DNA of 63,409 nt, filler included, from Basidiobolus ranarum (GCA_040143965.1; 33 parts of 33 records of this genome joined end to end with filler, not necessarily neighbours in it), one strand, 5' to 3'. Positions 36,641 to 49,289 are shown, counted from the first letter of the whole stretch. The notes: generated by a model from the sequence alone, not told the origin. A program made the numbers and translations.

Positions 36641-37521
36641 GTAGACTGCTTAGAAGAGTCATAATGACATCTTCTTCTTGTAAAGTTGCACCAATATTTT
36701 CCAATTGTTTTGCCAAAGATCTCATATTTCCAATATGAGTAACCATGCTTTCAGACTTTACCATCTTTGTATTGAAGAATTTTTGTCTGAGAAAGAGTCT
36801 ATTAGCAAGACTCTGTGCCTCATGACACACTTTAAATATTGTCCAAGCTTGATGGAAGCCTTTGCATATTAAATGTTTGCAAGTTTAGAATCTTTCAAAC
36901 TTTGACAAATGACATTAAAGGCCTTGTTGTCTCTTTTCTTGTGAGCTTCAATAAAGAAGGGTCAGAAGATTCCTTTTCAACTCCAGCAATTACATCCCAA
37001 AGCTCCCTCTCTTCCTGCTTGATTTGCATCTTGAACTTCCAGAAATTGCTGTTTTCTCCATCCAGCATTTCTACACTTGTGTTAATAAAAGTGGTAGTAG
37101 TGGTTTCTGTCATGCTGTTAAGGTTAGAGCACAGGGCTCATAATCTATTGGGAAAATACGGGCTTTTGTAGGAACTCTAGAAAAGTGGAGTTATGAATAG
37201 ATTTGTGAGCTAATTATTTATTGTCCAGAAACAAAGCATTTATACATTTAGGTGGAAACACAAAAAACTAACACTGGAGTTGTGTTCAGAACACCTGTGG
37301 AAGTAAAATGAGATCTTTTTGGGGCTGTTTGGACAAGTTTGAAATTTCCAATATGGAATTGCTAAATCTCATATTATTACTTATGTTTACAATATATGTT
37401 CCAATTAGTAATTAAGTGATATTTGACTAAGTAATCTTAGCTGACTTAAATGTGATATATGAAGTAGTTATGTGTATAATGATAGAGATAACAATGATGA
37501 TAAAGACAATAAAACTCAACA
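36641..37521 (-). mobile_element. 5' end of copia family A: LTR (37146-37521), PBS (37131-37145), gag from 37113
   Basis: LTR…CAATA-GATTATGAGCCCTG, then MTETTTTTFIN..LDGEN.NFWKFKMQ. Confidence 0.9.
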
Positions 37522-38463
37522 GAAAATAAGAAGCTAATCAAGTCAAGGGATGTGCAATTTGCTGAAGGAGAAAAGTTTATAAACAAAACAATCCAGGATC
37601 AAGAAAAACAACCAAAAATTGATGAAAATTCTTCTTTCTCTCACCAGATCCTGAGCAGTGAGAGAAAATTGCAAACTTCTCACCTGAAGTCTCCCCAACC
37701 AAGCCCAAGGTGGTTTCATTAACTAAATTGATACCAGAAGTTGTAGTGCCAGTTTCCCATCATAGGAGATCCAATTGGATAAGATCTCTGCCTGAATATC
37801 ACTCTGACACTAGCCAAACAGAGCCTAGTGCTAATTTAGCCTTTTCTGATGAGCTCCAATCAGTACAGGAGACCTATTGAGAGTCCCAACACAAAGCTTC
37901 AGAGTGCTGCAATGGCAGAGGAGTCTCAGTCCCTTGTAGATAACCAAACTTGGACTTTGGTTGGTTACAAGATGACCAGAAATCAATTGGATGCAAATGG
38001 GTGTTTAAAGTTCAACAGCAAGCTGATAGATCTGTAGGAAGACATAAAGCCAGACTTGTGGCAAAGGATACTCTCAAATGGAAGGAGTGGACTACAATGA
38101 AACATTTGCTCCTGTATCAAAGTTTAATTCCATGAGAACCATATTAGCAGTAACAGCAAGACACAGCTTAAAAATCCATCAAATGGATGTTAAAGCTGCT
38201 TTTTTGATTGGGGACTTGGAAGAGCATATATTCATGGATCCACCAGATGGTTTTGTGAATCCTGAGCACCCTGAGGATGTGTGTAAGCTTTAAAAATCTC
38301 TTTATGGACTTAAGCAATCATCCAGGGCCTGGTACACTAAGATAGACATATACTTGGAATCACTTGATTTCCAAAAGAGTGTGGAAGATTATGGAACTAC
38401 TTTAAGACAGATAAGGACAGTAAGGTGATACTTGCCTTATATGTGGATGATCTGATTATAGTT
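37522..38463 (+). mobile_element. Copia integrase tail and RT (host of the nested family-A insertion)
   Basis: KLIKSRDVQF, IGCKWVFK, KARLVAK, DYNETFAPV, HQMDVKAAFL and LYVDDLI motifs. Confidence 0.9.
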
Positions 38464-38563
38464 NNNNNNNNNNNNNNNNNNNNNNNNNNNNNNNNNNNNN
38501 NNNNNNNTTAATTAATTAANNNNNNNNNNNNNNNNNNNNNNNNNNNNNNNNNNNNNNNNNNNN

Positions 38564-39210
38564 TTAGTTATCTTATAATTCATCAAGATATTATCAGTTA
38601 TTCTCAATTGGAATTTACATAGATTATTTTTACCAACTTAGATGTTGTCAGATATACAGATTTTTCAAATTAGTGCTAGAAGCCCCAAACTTTGCACACA
38701 TGTTCCTGGGACCTTCCTTAACATATTCTGTATTTTAGTTTGTTTACATCTTGACAAAACTATAAATGTCAACTTTCTACTCAATAAATCAAATCAGTAG
38801 TAGGTACTCTAATTAATTCCATTTCATCTGCTAAAATGGTGACTCTATTAATTAGTGATTTATGTTGAAATTAGCATTGCCTAAACACCTATATGGTCAT
38901 ATATAACTTAGTAATTAGTTATCTTATAATTCACTAAGATATTATCAATTATTCTCAATCAGAATTTACTTAGAATAATTTTACTAACTTAGAAGTTCTC
39001 AGATATATAGATTTTTCAAACTTGTGCTAGATGCCCCAAACTTTGCACACATGTTCCTGGGACCTTCCTTAACATATTCTGTATGTTAGCTTGTTTACAT
39101 CTTGACAAAACTATAAATGTCAACTTTCTACTCAATAAATCAATAAGTGAAAACTACCAATTCCTCTAGTTCTCCAAACCACTTCCAACAGGCTCCCAAA
39201 TACTTTAACA
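38564..39210 (+). repeat. Partial LTR-B (38564-38790) and complete LTR-B (38863-39210)
   Basis: TGTTGAAA…TTTAACA ends; near-direct duplicate of the partial copy. Confidence 0.85.
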
Positions 39211-39224
39211 GACTCTAATACTCC

Positions 39225-39968
39225 AAAAAAGCTATGTGGTGATTAAAGTTATTTATGGACTTAGGATACATGCAAAATGGGCTATTACTTTATTTGAAGA
39301 TAATCAAAGAAGTATTTCATATCCTAAAAACCCTACATTTCATGCTATTGCCTTAACAACAAAATGTTTGTTGTCATCTTAACCAAACCATTAGCTAAAG
39401 CACAACTTGAGTTATTAAGATAAAGGTTAGGTTTAAAAGAAATACAAATTAACTAGTTGAATGGGTGTGTAAAAATTATGAAAATAGCAACATATTATTT
39501 AATAGTTAGTTTATTCATGTTCTGACTATTTAGCACTAAATTGTGCCATTTAAAAAAGCTTGTTTATTGCTGTAATTGATGGAAATATTATTAAGATCAC
39601 TTTTGCCAATTTAAACTGTTTTCAAAACTTCCCCAAATCACCTCATATTTTTACCCATACTTTACAGGCATGTTTAATGTAATCTAAGCATGTCTAATAG
39701 TCTTATTTTGTAGTAAACTATGAAAAGACCATATTCTAAATCGTAAAAATTAAGTATTTAATCCACAAATCCAAATCTGGTCAGAAACACTTTCGAATCC
39801 CCTGAACATTTAACAGGTTATGAGCCCCAAGGCTGCTGTAAAAGGAATGTTAACCAGTACTATTACCAAAGTTCTTGTATTGACACAGAAGCTTGCTGGT
39901 GAAGGCTTTCACCTTTGGAAGTTCAAGATGCAAATGGAGCTAGAAGGCAAGGACCTTTAGGGATTTAT
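39225..39968 (+). mobile_element. Copia family C junction: RNase H end, PPT, LTR-C (39468-39815), PBS (39816-39828), gag start
   Basis: FEDNQ..ILTKPL; PBS GGTTATGAGCCCC; FHLWKFKMQMELE. Confidence 0.8.
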
Positions 39969-40250
39969 TATTGAAATTGTTTAGGGAGAAATATTGATCT
40001 GGCCAGGATTTGAACCTGGGACCTCCTTCACTCTAGCAAGGTGCTCTAACCACTGATCTACCAGTCCTTTTATGCTATGCCTATATTGCTAGAGAACCTT
40101 AACCTAGCCTGTCAATGTATGGTACTTTGGCATTTCAGCTATACAAGCAACTGATTGGCCATATACTTTGTGTTCAGATGCAGTCACCATACTCCATATT
40201 TTCCTCTTTGGGATTTACTGCTTGTACCACAAGTCACCTGACTTTCAGCA
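39969..40250 (-). mobile_element. Second copy of the tRNA-bearing LTR-like element (family E)
   Basis: Colinear with 27572-27852 end to end; no TSD because the two flanks are different sequences. Confidence 0.78.
39995..40067 (-). tRNA. tRNA-like sequence inside family E element
   Basis: GGACTGG TA GATC AGTGGTTA GAGC A CCTTG CTAGAGT GAAGG AGGTC CCAGG TTCAAAT CCTGG CCAGATC A. Confidence 0.6.
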
Positions 40251-40347
40251 TTCAATGCAATAAAGCATAAGTGTCTAATTCCCAAATCCAAATCCTGTCC
40301 AAAACACTTCCAAGTCCCCTAAACACTTTTATCAGGCTATGAGCCCC
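40251..40347 (+). repeat. LTR-C 3' end with PBS
   Basis: ACACTTTTATCA followed by GGCTATGAGCCCC. Confidence 0.75.
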
Positions 40348-40485
40348 AGTTAGTACTAAATCTGGAAATCCTGCTTGAGGGGGAANNNNNNNNNNNNNNN
40401 NNNNNNNNNNNNNNNNNNNNNNNNNNNNNTTAATTAATTAANNNNNNNNNNNNNNNNNNNNNNNNNNNNNNNNNNNNNNNNNNNN

Positions 40486-41049
40486 GAAGGCCATAAGTTC
40501 ATTCCTATCGCGTCCCTTACCGACTCCTTTCCAGTGATGACTGTTGGTGGCTTAGCCAAGCGCTATTTGGTTCCAGGTTGGCGAGTTGGATGGGTGCTTG
40601 TTCACGACCGCAATGAAGTATTGAGCGCAGTTCGGGAGGGGTTGATTTCCTTGAGTCAAATGATCATTGGTGCAAACACAGTCATCCAGACTGCCCTCCC
40701 AGAGATCCTTCATAATACACCTGAAAGCTTCTATGAAGAAACCAATAAGCAGATGGAGGAGAACGCTCGTCTTAGCTCGGAGATCCTGTCGAGAATTCCT
40801 GGACTACGCGTGATAGAGCCCCAGGGTGCGATGTACATGATGATAGAAATCAAGCCGGAAGAATTCAAAGATATCAAAGATGATGTGGAGTTTTCAGAGA
40901 AACTTTTGGGTGAAGAATCGGTTATCATTCTGCCTGCCCAATGCTTTAAACTATCCAATTACGCTCGACTAGTGATCACTGCGCCAAAAGAAAGATTAAT
41001 CGAAGCTTATGAACGCATAGAAACCTTCTGTGCCAACCATCATATTTGA
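40486..41049 (+). CDS. PLP-dependent class I aminotransferase, tyrosine aminotransferase-like, 5'-truncated
   Basis: GGLAKRYLVPGWRVGW (PLP lysine), PQGAMYMM, EESV..LP..CF and R..I.AP motifs; intact frame and normal CpG content. Confidence 0.9.
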   Translation, partial: EGHKFIPIASLTDSFPVMTVGGLAKRYLVPGWRVGWVLVHDRNEVLSAVREGLISLSQMIIGANTVIQTALPEILHNTPESFYEETNKQMEENARLSSEILSRIPGLRVIEPQGAMYMMIEIKPEEFKDIKDDVEFSEKLLGEESVIILPAQCFKLSNYARLVITAPKERLIEAYERIETFCANHHI

Positions 41050-41549
41050 TACCTCTCTGAAATCTAGGGATCCATTCGGTTAATTGGTATCACCCCATAT
41101 CTTACTTAGAATGTACTTCATGATGTTGTAGAGTCCTTGATATTCTTACTGTGTCTCTGATCCTATTGTTGTCTTATACTCCATTGCCACCCGTTCTGTA
41201 ATGGTGGAATAAATATAGTTATCAATCTCCGTGTGATCTACAGGGCAGTACATCAATGCTTTGATGCTGTCGATAGTTATACTTTATATATTCATAGTTC
41301 CATCTCGTCACTTAGGTGGTATTTTAGTGTTCTATGTGTTGAGCAGAGTAGTATAGAGCCAATGCCATTTTTTACCTGTCAGAAAGCAACCACCACTGCT
41401 AAAGTATAATTTTTCAAACGCGTTCCTTTAGAGCCTAAAATTACCAGTTAGTAAGCATAACAAACTGCATCGTTCTACTTGTTAGTAATTCCATTCAATA
41501 TAAACCAGCCCTCAAATCTGAGTCAATTTTTGCATGTGAATCTGATGGT

Positions 41550-41900
41550 ATTGTTGGAGCTTATTGTTGTTATCATATTTATTATCCCTATCTCTATATA
41601 CCTAACTATTCCCTATATCACATCCAAGTTACTTCACATTACTTGGGCAAATACTACTTAGCTATTAATCAACCTATATCTAATACATATATGAATTATC
41701 CAAGAATTGGTAATGTTGTACTTGGGATTTAACCCCAGAATGGCTCATTTTGCTCCTACAGATGATCTGAACACAAGCCCATTGTTTGTTTTCAGTATTC
41801 TCACCGAAAATGAAATTACTTTATTTCTGGTTGACAAATACAGATCTCTCGAGTTATTTTGACCCTTATCTAATACATCCAAGATATATACTACAACTTT
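41550..41900 (+). repeat. Old LTR-A-related copy
   Basis: Diverged match (TATACCTAACTATT, CTCATTTTGCTCCTACAGATG.TCTGAACACAA); boundaries approximate. Confidence 0.55.
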
Positions 41901-42713
41901 AACCGGTAAAGTATTTACTAAATAAATACCAACTAACCTAAACAGAGGTATCAATGGTTAGGTGCTTAATTTTAGTATTTCAATAGTATGTTCATTAGTA
42001 AAATACTCTTGTAGTTAAAACTGCCATAACTTAAGGATCTATATAGGCATATAGCTAGCAAACTGAATTGCATCATGTTATTATTTAATATCTTCAAAAA
42101 GAACGGTCATAGAATATTGATATCAATTTGGAAGTTTGAAGGCTATATATGATTTTCTCAAACTTGTCCAAGTGGCTCAAACTTTGCACACATGTTCCTG
42201 GGACCTTCTTAAACATATTCTACATGTTGACTTTGTTAAAGTATTTTGGGAGTCTGTTGGAAGTCGTTTGGAAAAGCAGCTGAATTTATGGTTCTCACTT
42301 ATTGATTNNNNNNNNNNNNNNNNNNNNNNNNNNNNNNNNNNNNNNNNNNNNTTAATTAATTAANNNNNNNNNNNNNNNNNNNNNNNNNNNNNNNNNNNNN
42401 NNNNNNNCTGGTTTGCACTGAGTACCTTCCTTTCTGCTTACCACCTTTGCCCCTTAACACTATATTTACATCCTCTGAGCTTGATTACATTGGTCATCAG
42501 GTTAAGTATGGATATGATCCATTATTGTCACAATATCTTAAAAGATTGATATCTTGATTGTCACTTTGTTTAGATTAGTATTTTAGCTAAATAAAGTCCA
42601 GACCATCTGGTGCTTTTCATCCCCCCCTAAGATGCTAGTTATGCCTTAGTGTTTGTTGATAATGTTATCATTTTCTCAGACCGTGATTTCAAAAAGCATG
42701 TTGTAACATTCTA

Positions 42714-42861
42714 GACTTGGGGTAATATAATAGAGAAATCATGGTTGAAATTGATTGTGCTGGAGGGTGGACAGCGCTAAATTATGGCATATAATTTTTA
42801 GAGTACTATATCCATTATTTTATATACCACACAATCCGGCACTATAGAGGGAAACAAGTCC
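42714..42861. mobile_element. Diverged, 5'-truncated copy of the MITE
   Basis: Colinear with ~14690-14839; ends AACAAGTCC followed by ATT. Confidence 0.6.
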
Positions 42862-43961
42862 ATTCTATTAGATATATTCCCAAAATTTACCTATAAATGT
42901 AATCCACTCGGGTACTCATTGATTTTTGCGATTTTCTTTGTAGTTGGCTTGTGCCTATTGCAAGTTTTGGGCGAAGTAACACAAAATGTTTTAATAAAGC
43001 CAGTTTAGTAATTATGGAGATAGATTCGAGTTCATATGCGCGCGCAAAAAAGTGACGATGTCAGCGACACAGTACTATATACAACTAGTCCAAAAGCAGA
43101 CTCATTTAGTTGCAAGACATGCATGAAACAATATCAGTAACAGTGAGTCTTCCATGCTAGCCCTTTTTAATGGATGACTGTGCACTGAGACGCGCGGGGT
43201 GACTATTAGTTTTAGTGTGGTCACTGTGCAGACACCTTCGGAATGGTTCACTGGATGTGACACCTTGGCAGCTGAATGATGGATTGTTCGGGTGCGATAG
43301 ATTCGTTAAATGGTTCTACGCAATCAAGTTCGCACTAAGAGCTACACTTGAAATTGTGTTATAGGACACATGATTGGAAGTTAACTGATTACATGTAGCT
43401 CAGCATGATTTCAACGTTGAACTCATTGGCAGGAGCACCTGGCAAAACTAAAGAGGAATAGGTCTTACTCGCAAGTTCTAATTGTTTAAGATCTTCACCC
43501 AATGGTAGTTCAAGGTCAATGAGCCCTGTGATTGGAACTCTTCAAGAATTTCTTTTGACACAACACGGCCTGATGAGATGATTTCAGTCTTATTCGCCTT
43601 GCATGTGTAGCTAGCAGAAAATACACCCCAAGATTGAGATTGGATAGTGCGCACCCTGAGGGTTGAATTATCTGAATTATCACACTAGCCAAACGCTTGG
43701 GCGTGCTCTGGTTGCAGCACGAAGCTATCTCCACATGAACCGTCAGACATGCTGACATTTTAACATCAAACTCATTGACAATGAAATTGAAACTTCATTG
43801 GTATGTTTTCTTGCATACGGAAACTCATCATCCATATGGAACTACTTTATTTAGGGTCAAATCCTCAATATCTTTCCTTCAATAATAGTGGCTGGTTTTC
43901 TGAACAACTCGCCTCTTTCACTGGAACTCTCCCCTTTAACAGCATAAGTAAGCTTAACCTC

Positions 43962-44120
43962 TCAGTGGAAACTTTCACCCACCAGCTTTTCACTCAATCT
44001 CCATAACTTCTCAGTGTTTTCGTCACTTTTGGCGTAGGGAGCCACCGAGTTATTGTCAATCTGGCAATCTTGTAAATAAGAACCGGATTGCGATTTGATT
44101 GAGGGATCAAAAGCAGCTAC
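43962..44120 (-). pseudogene. C-terminal 52 aa of a retinol-dehydrogenase/WWOX-like SDR, cut off upstream by LTR-C sequence
   Basis: VAAFDPSIKSQSGSYLQDCQIDNNSVAPYAKSDENTEKLWRLSEKLVGESFH*, with the typical G.YL.DC…A…LW..SE tail. Confidence 0.7.
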
Positions 44121-44229
44121 ACTTAGGTTTTATTGAATTGAATATGTCCTATTTATAGTTTAAATAGAAGTTTTGAGAACATAGTGAATATTGGTAAAAG
44201 TGATCTAATTGATATTTTTATCAATTAGA
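44121..44229 (-). repeat. LTR-C fragment, internally deleted
   Basis: Reverse complement of the LTR-C segments ATCAATTAGATCACTTTTACC and AAACTATAAATAGGACATATTC. Confidence 0.75.
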
Positions 44230-44329
44230 NNNNNNNNNNNNNNNNNNNNNNNNNNNNNNNNNNNNNNNNNNNNTTAATTAATTAANNNNNNNNNNNNNNN
44301 NNNNNNNNNNNNNNNNNNNNNNNNNNNNN

Positions 44330-44576
44330 TAATTGATAGAAATATCAATTAGATCACTTTTATCAATTTTCACTATTTTCTCAAAACTTCTCCAAATCAC
44401 CTCAAATTTTCACCCATGCTTAACAGGCATGTTTGTTATGGTCTAAGCATGTCCAATAGTCCCATTTCATAGTAAACTATTAATAGGATATATTCAATTC
44501 AATAAAACTTAAGTGTCTGATTCACATATCCAAATCTTGTCCAAAACACTTCCAAATCCCCTAAACACTTTTATCA
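44330..44576 (+). repeat. LTR-C, 3' part
   Basis: Matches 11596-11845. Confidence 0.82.
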
Positions 44577-44579
44577 AAT

Positions 44580-46149
44580 ATTGGTTTTACTAAGACTTTG
44601 TGCTCAGATCCTCAATTGAAGTAAAATAGGCTGACATTTCCCACTGCCACGGCAATGTCTAGATGTATTCCAACCATTGTGTACACTTAACTACCAACAT
44701 GAATTAATCAGAGAACTCCTGGTCTTGGTTTGAGTTCTTTTGTGCCAAACCAGATGAAATGTTAATTAACTCAACATTAGGATCTATTGGTATTGATACA
44801 GGCTTGCTATTCTTCATGTTAAAGCATTTCAAGATTTCTAAGACATTTCTAGACTGATTCAGCATGATTTTCTGATTGGGTTTATCTCTCTTGATTTGGT
44901 TTCAGAGAAAGTAACTTAATTCACCCATATCATTCATCTGAAATTGGTTTCATAAGCTGCTGTTTGTCTGATTAGGTGCTTCTACATCATTTGTGGCTGT
45001 GATCAAGTCATCAACACACAGTGTGAAGATAAGGATCCTACTTCTAGTTATCTTGATGTAAATATTGTGATCTGCTGTACATTTTTGGAATTCTAGTGAT
45101 TCCAAATAGGTATCTGTCTTTTTGTACCTTGCCCTGGGTGCTTGCCTGAGTCCATATAGCAATTTCTGCAGTTTTTAGACCCTATCAGAGTGTTTTAGTT
45201 CAGCAAATCCATCTGGTTGCTCCATATAGGTCTCTTTTCTAGATTTCCATTTAGATGTGCTGTTTACCTATGGGCTTTTCCCTGATGTCAGATTAGTAAA
45301 AACCAATGTTCTTTTGTCCTGGAGAGAAGAAAACTCCTCAGACTTAGCTTTTTCTCATATTTTGATTCTGAACCCTCCAGAGCTTGATCTAGAGTTTGTG
45401 GCTTCTGACAGAATGCTGCATGAGCACATATATCATCTTTGGAAATGTTCCACCAGCTCCCTGGCATATTTTTCCTCTGGATTAACTTCAGGGTCCGGAA
45501 TCCACCATTGTGATTAGTACTGGAATTTTGGTTGAACAGGGCTCATATACAGCTGGAATTTTGCCAGACACTTTCTGAGTAATACTGATCATGTTTTCAA
45601 GATCTAGTACTGTGAATTGAGATAAAAAATCTGCTTTTTCTGCAAATATCACATCTCTGCACTTATTCAACTTCTGATTTTTGGTGCTAAACAGACTGTA
45701 GGCCTTAGATCTATCACAGGAACCAAGAAATAAGCATTTTCTATTTTTGGGCTCCAATTTACAACATTTTTGAGCAGGATTTAGCTACTATTCTGTGAAA
45801 CCAAAGATCCTCAGATGATGCACACTTGGTTTCTATCCATATAGGGCTTCAATTGGAATAGAAGCTTGTAGCAATCTTTTTGACCATCTGTATATGAAAC
45901 AGACTGCAAGTGGAGACAGATTCAGCCCAATATTGGTACTCTAACTTTCTATCATGTAATGTTGACCTTGCCATCTCTACTATGGTCCTATTAGCATGTT
46001 CTGCAATGCCATTTTGCTGTTGAGTACAAGGTCCAATGTTTGTTGCTTAATTCCATGTTGAGAACAAGAACTAGCAAAGTCTTTAGATCTGTACTGTCCA
46101 CCTTATCTCTCCTTAGTACCCTTATTTTTTTGTGCTGATTCTTTCTCTA
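44580..46149 (-). mobile_element. Copia integrase-RT remnant with internal deletion
   Basis: QQNGIAEHANRTIVE, KCLFLG, RDVIF, LYGLRQAPRA and CVDDLI motifs. Confidence 0.88.
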
Positions 46150-46369
46150 NNNNNNNNNNNNNNNNNNNNNNNNNNNNNNNNNNNNNNNNNNNNTTAATTA
46201 ATTAANNNNNNNNNNNNNNNNNNNNNNNNNNNNNNNNNNNNNNNNNNNNAGGTAGTAATTTATATCAACTATTATACTCATCTCATTTTTTTGAATGGGA
46301 GAATTGAGTGCTAAATATCCAGCTCATGAATAAAGTAACTACTAAATAATGAGTTGCTTTTTACCTAAT

Positions 46370-48069
46370 TTCAACAGTATCAATGCTAATTGCTTCCAAT
46401 GTGACATTAATCAAAATTTCATCCAAATGGCATGAAATAATCAAAATCAAAGCCAGTTGTTGCCTTATCATTCCATGGTGGGTAGTTTAATGCCTACAAT
46501 GGCAAGAACATGTACAGACATTGCTGTGGCAATGAGAACTGTCAGAAAATATCTCTAAAATACAAGATCTGAGCCAAAAACTGCAGTGAAATGAATATGC
46601 GGGTGTTTGTGAGGAACTTTAGATCAAGTTTTCAGATACTCTGCCACTCCAGATGTACAGAATTTTGAAGGCTATAGTGATGTAGACTGGGGAAAAAGCC
46701 TTGATCATTGAAGGTAACAACTGGGTTCACTTATCTCTATGGTAATGCAGCCATAACTTGGAATAGCTAGGAACAACCAACCAAAGCACTTTCCACTATA
46801 GATGCAGAGTATATGGCTGCCTCTGTAAGAAGATATGTGGTTGAGGAAGTTACTTATAGTCCTAGAATACATGCAAAATTGTGCTGTTACTATATTTGAA
46901 GATAATCAAAGTGGTATTTCATTGGCTAAAAACCCTACATTTCAAGCTAGGACAAAACATATGATATTAAACATTATTTTGTTACAGAAGCAATAGGGAA
47001 TGATATAATCAAACTTGTCTATTACCAAATGAAGAAAAGCTTACTGACATCTTAACCAAACCAACAGCTGAACAACAATTTGAATGATTCAGATATACAT
47101 TAGGTTTAAGCAAAATGCAAAATATAAAGTTTAGTGAGAGTGTTGAAATTAGATATATAGCTACTCATTTTTTAGTAGTCAATTTATTCATATTCTAATT
47201 ATTAAGCACTCAATTCTGCCACTTATATACATGTGTCTATCACTCTAGTTGATAAAATCTTCAACCTGATCACTGTTATTTATTTTGACTATTTTCTCAA
47301 ATCTTCTGCAAATCACCTCAAATTTTCACATATGATTAACAAGCATGTTTGCTATGTCTAAGCATTTCCAATAGTCCTATATTATGGTAAGCCCTAAATA
47401 GGACATATTCAATTCAATAAAACTTAAGTTTCCAATTCAAGAATCCAAATCTTGTCCCAGAAACTTTTAAATCCTCCTAACACTGTTATCAGGTTATTAG
47501 CCCCCAGCTAGCTGTTACAGAAGTGTCTACCAGTACTATTACCAACATTTTTGCATCCACAGAGAAGTTAGATGGTCAAGATTTTCCTCTTTGGAAGTTC
47601 AAGATGCAAATGGCGCTAGAAGTTCAGCACCATTGGGGATTTGTTAATGGAGAAGAAATAGAGCCAAAGGGACCACCAGAAACTATCTTTGCCTTTCACA
47701 AGAGTCAGAGGAAGGCACTCTCTACACTTTGTCTACAACTCAGAGATTCTCAATTGAGGCACATTTAATCAGCCAAAAACAACCAAAATGCTTGGGAAAC
47801 ACTTGAGGGACTATAAATCAGGCCATTTAATCCAAGATTCCATTTAACCAGAGAATGCAGAAAAAGGATTTTTGCGAAAGAGCTAAAATTGGAACAAGCT
47901 AATCAAGTAAGCAATGATAGGGTTCCTGTGTTTGTTTCTGCCCTATCAGTGACTACTAAAGAAGACTCAGAAATGTGGTACAGTGATTCAGGAGCTTCCC
48001 AATATGTGTCAAACAAGAAAGAATGGTTATACACCTCAAATTGAATCCATACAAGGAAAGTCTACATAG
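46370..48069 (+). mobile_element. Copia family C junction: RT end and RNase H, PPT, LTR-C (47141-47491), PBS (47492-47504), gag, protease remnant
   Basis: GYSDVDWG, EDNQSGI, DILTKP; TGTTGAAA…TTATCA-GGTTATTAGCCCC; KLDGQDFPLWKFKMQMALE; WYSDSGAS. Confidence 0.85.
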
Positions 48070-48169
48070 NNNNNNNNNNNNNNNNNNNNNNNNNNNNNNN
48101 NNNNNNNNNNNNNTTAATTAATTAANNNNNNNNNNNNNNNNNNNNNNNNNNNNNNNNNNNNNNNNNNNN

Positions 48170-49289
48170 GTCCAAACTATAGAGGTACTTACTCTGTGTC
48201 CATGGATTGGGTTTTGTTGCTGTTATTGTGCTCAAACAATGCAAAAACCTGTGAGCACATTGAAAAGAGCCCTTTGTTAAAAGATTAATATACTCTGAAT
48301 TCTCCTTAACCCTTGCATTATATCCAACACTGATTTTGCTGATACATTGTTAATCAGATAAGCATAGAGTACTACTAACAATTTCACATGGAGCATCATT
48401 TCACCACAGGTGTGCTCAATTGGGAACTCCCAGAATGTATACCAAGGGCCTATAATCTCTAAGCACCACAAAAGATGCAGCAGGGAATATATTGAATACT
48501 GGCATAGATTCAGTCTATCTTCTTTAAACATGTTATAAAGATTTTCATATCCAATTACAAAATCTTCCCGCAGTGGCTGTATGTGCATGAGATCTGCTAA
48601 TGTGAATTGATTCCACAAGAATATATTAACAATATCCACAAACAATCCCCAATGTTGCCAATACTTATCAGGCAGAAATCTTTTCAAGATTCCACTTAAA
48701 TATATACAAATCCAATACATCTAGTCTTTGCATTTGAATAAACACCTAGATGAGCAGATATTGATGGGAGTCCTGGTAAAATATTATGGTATCTTGATGT
48801 TTTCAAGCATTTTCCCAATAGATTTAAACTTTGATCCTATCTCAAATGGCTCATTCATATTGAACTTTCCACTATATTGCTGAGTAATTAGTTCTGGAAT
48901 ATTTTTGAATAGTGAGTGCATAGTGCCTAATGGGAAGCTCTGGCTCCAGCTGATCCCAATTAGCAATGTAATCTTAGGCTTACAGCCAATACTGAGTTTG
49001 ATGTCAGACTGACTATTGTGTGAATTGATATCAATGATCATGTTGAAATCTGACCAGGCTCTTGACAGTAAAATCATGGAGTTTAGTGTTGTATTTGGAT
49101 AGTAGTACTGCATATGCTTGATAGAGTAAACTCCATTGATTTGACAATATCTAGAGCAAGATAGTGCATTGTGCCTGCAAAAACCTCCAAATTTACTGAT
49201 GGCAGGAGTGTCACCAATACATACAAAGATATAGCTTTAAGAAAATATTCACCCATCTAAACCCCATTAGATAACTGTTCAAATTCTGC
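48170..49289 (-). mobile_element. CACTA/CMC transposase 3' half
   Basis: GDTPA, FPLGTMH, YWQHW and LLHL…GP…FWEFPIE..CG motifs. Confidence 0.85.

Noticed and set aside
38791-38862. AT-rich spacer between two LTR-B copies as a second NUMT
   Set aside because: No mitochondrial motif was recognised. The minus strand (KSLINRVTILADEMELIRVP) looks more like a gag scrap, and it is too short to call.
40731-40958. 75-aa minus-strand ORF
   Set aside because: It is the antisense shadow of the aminotransferase CDS.
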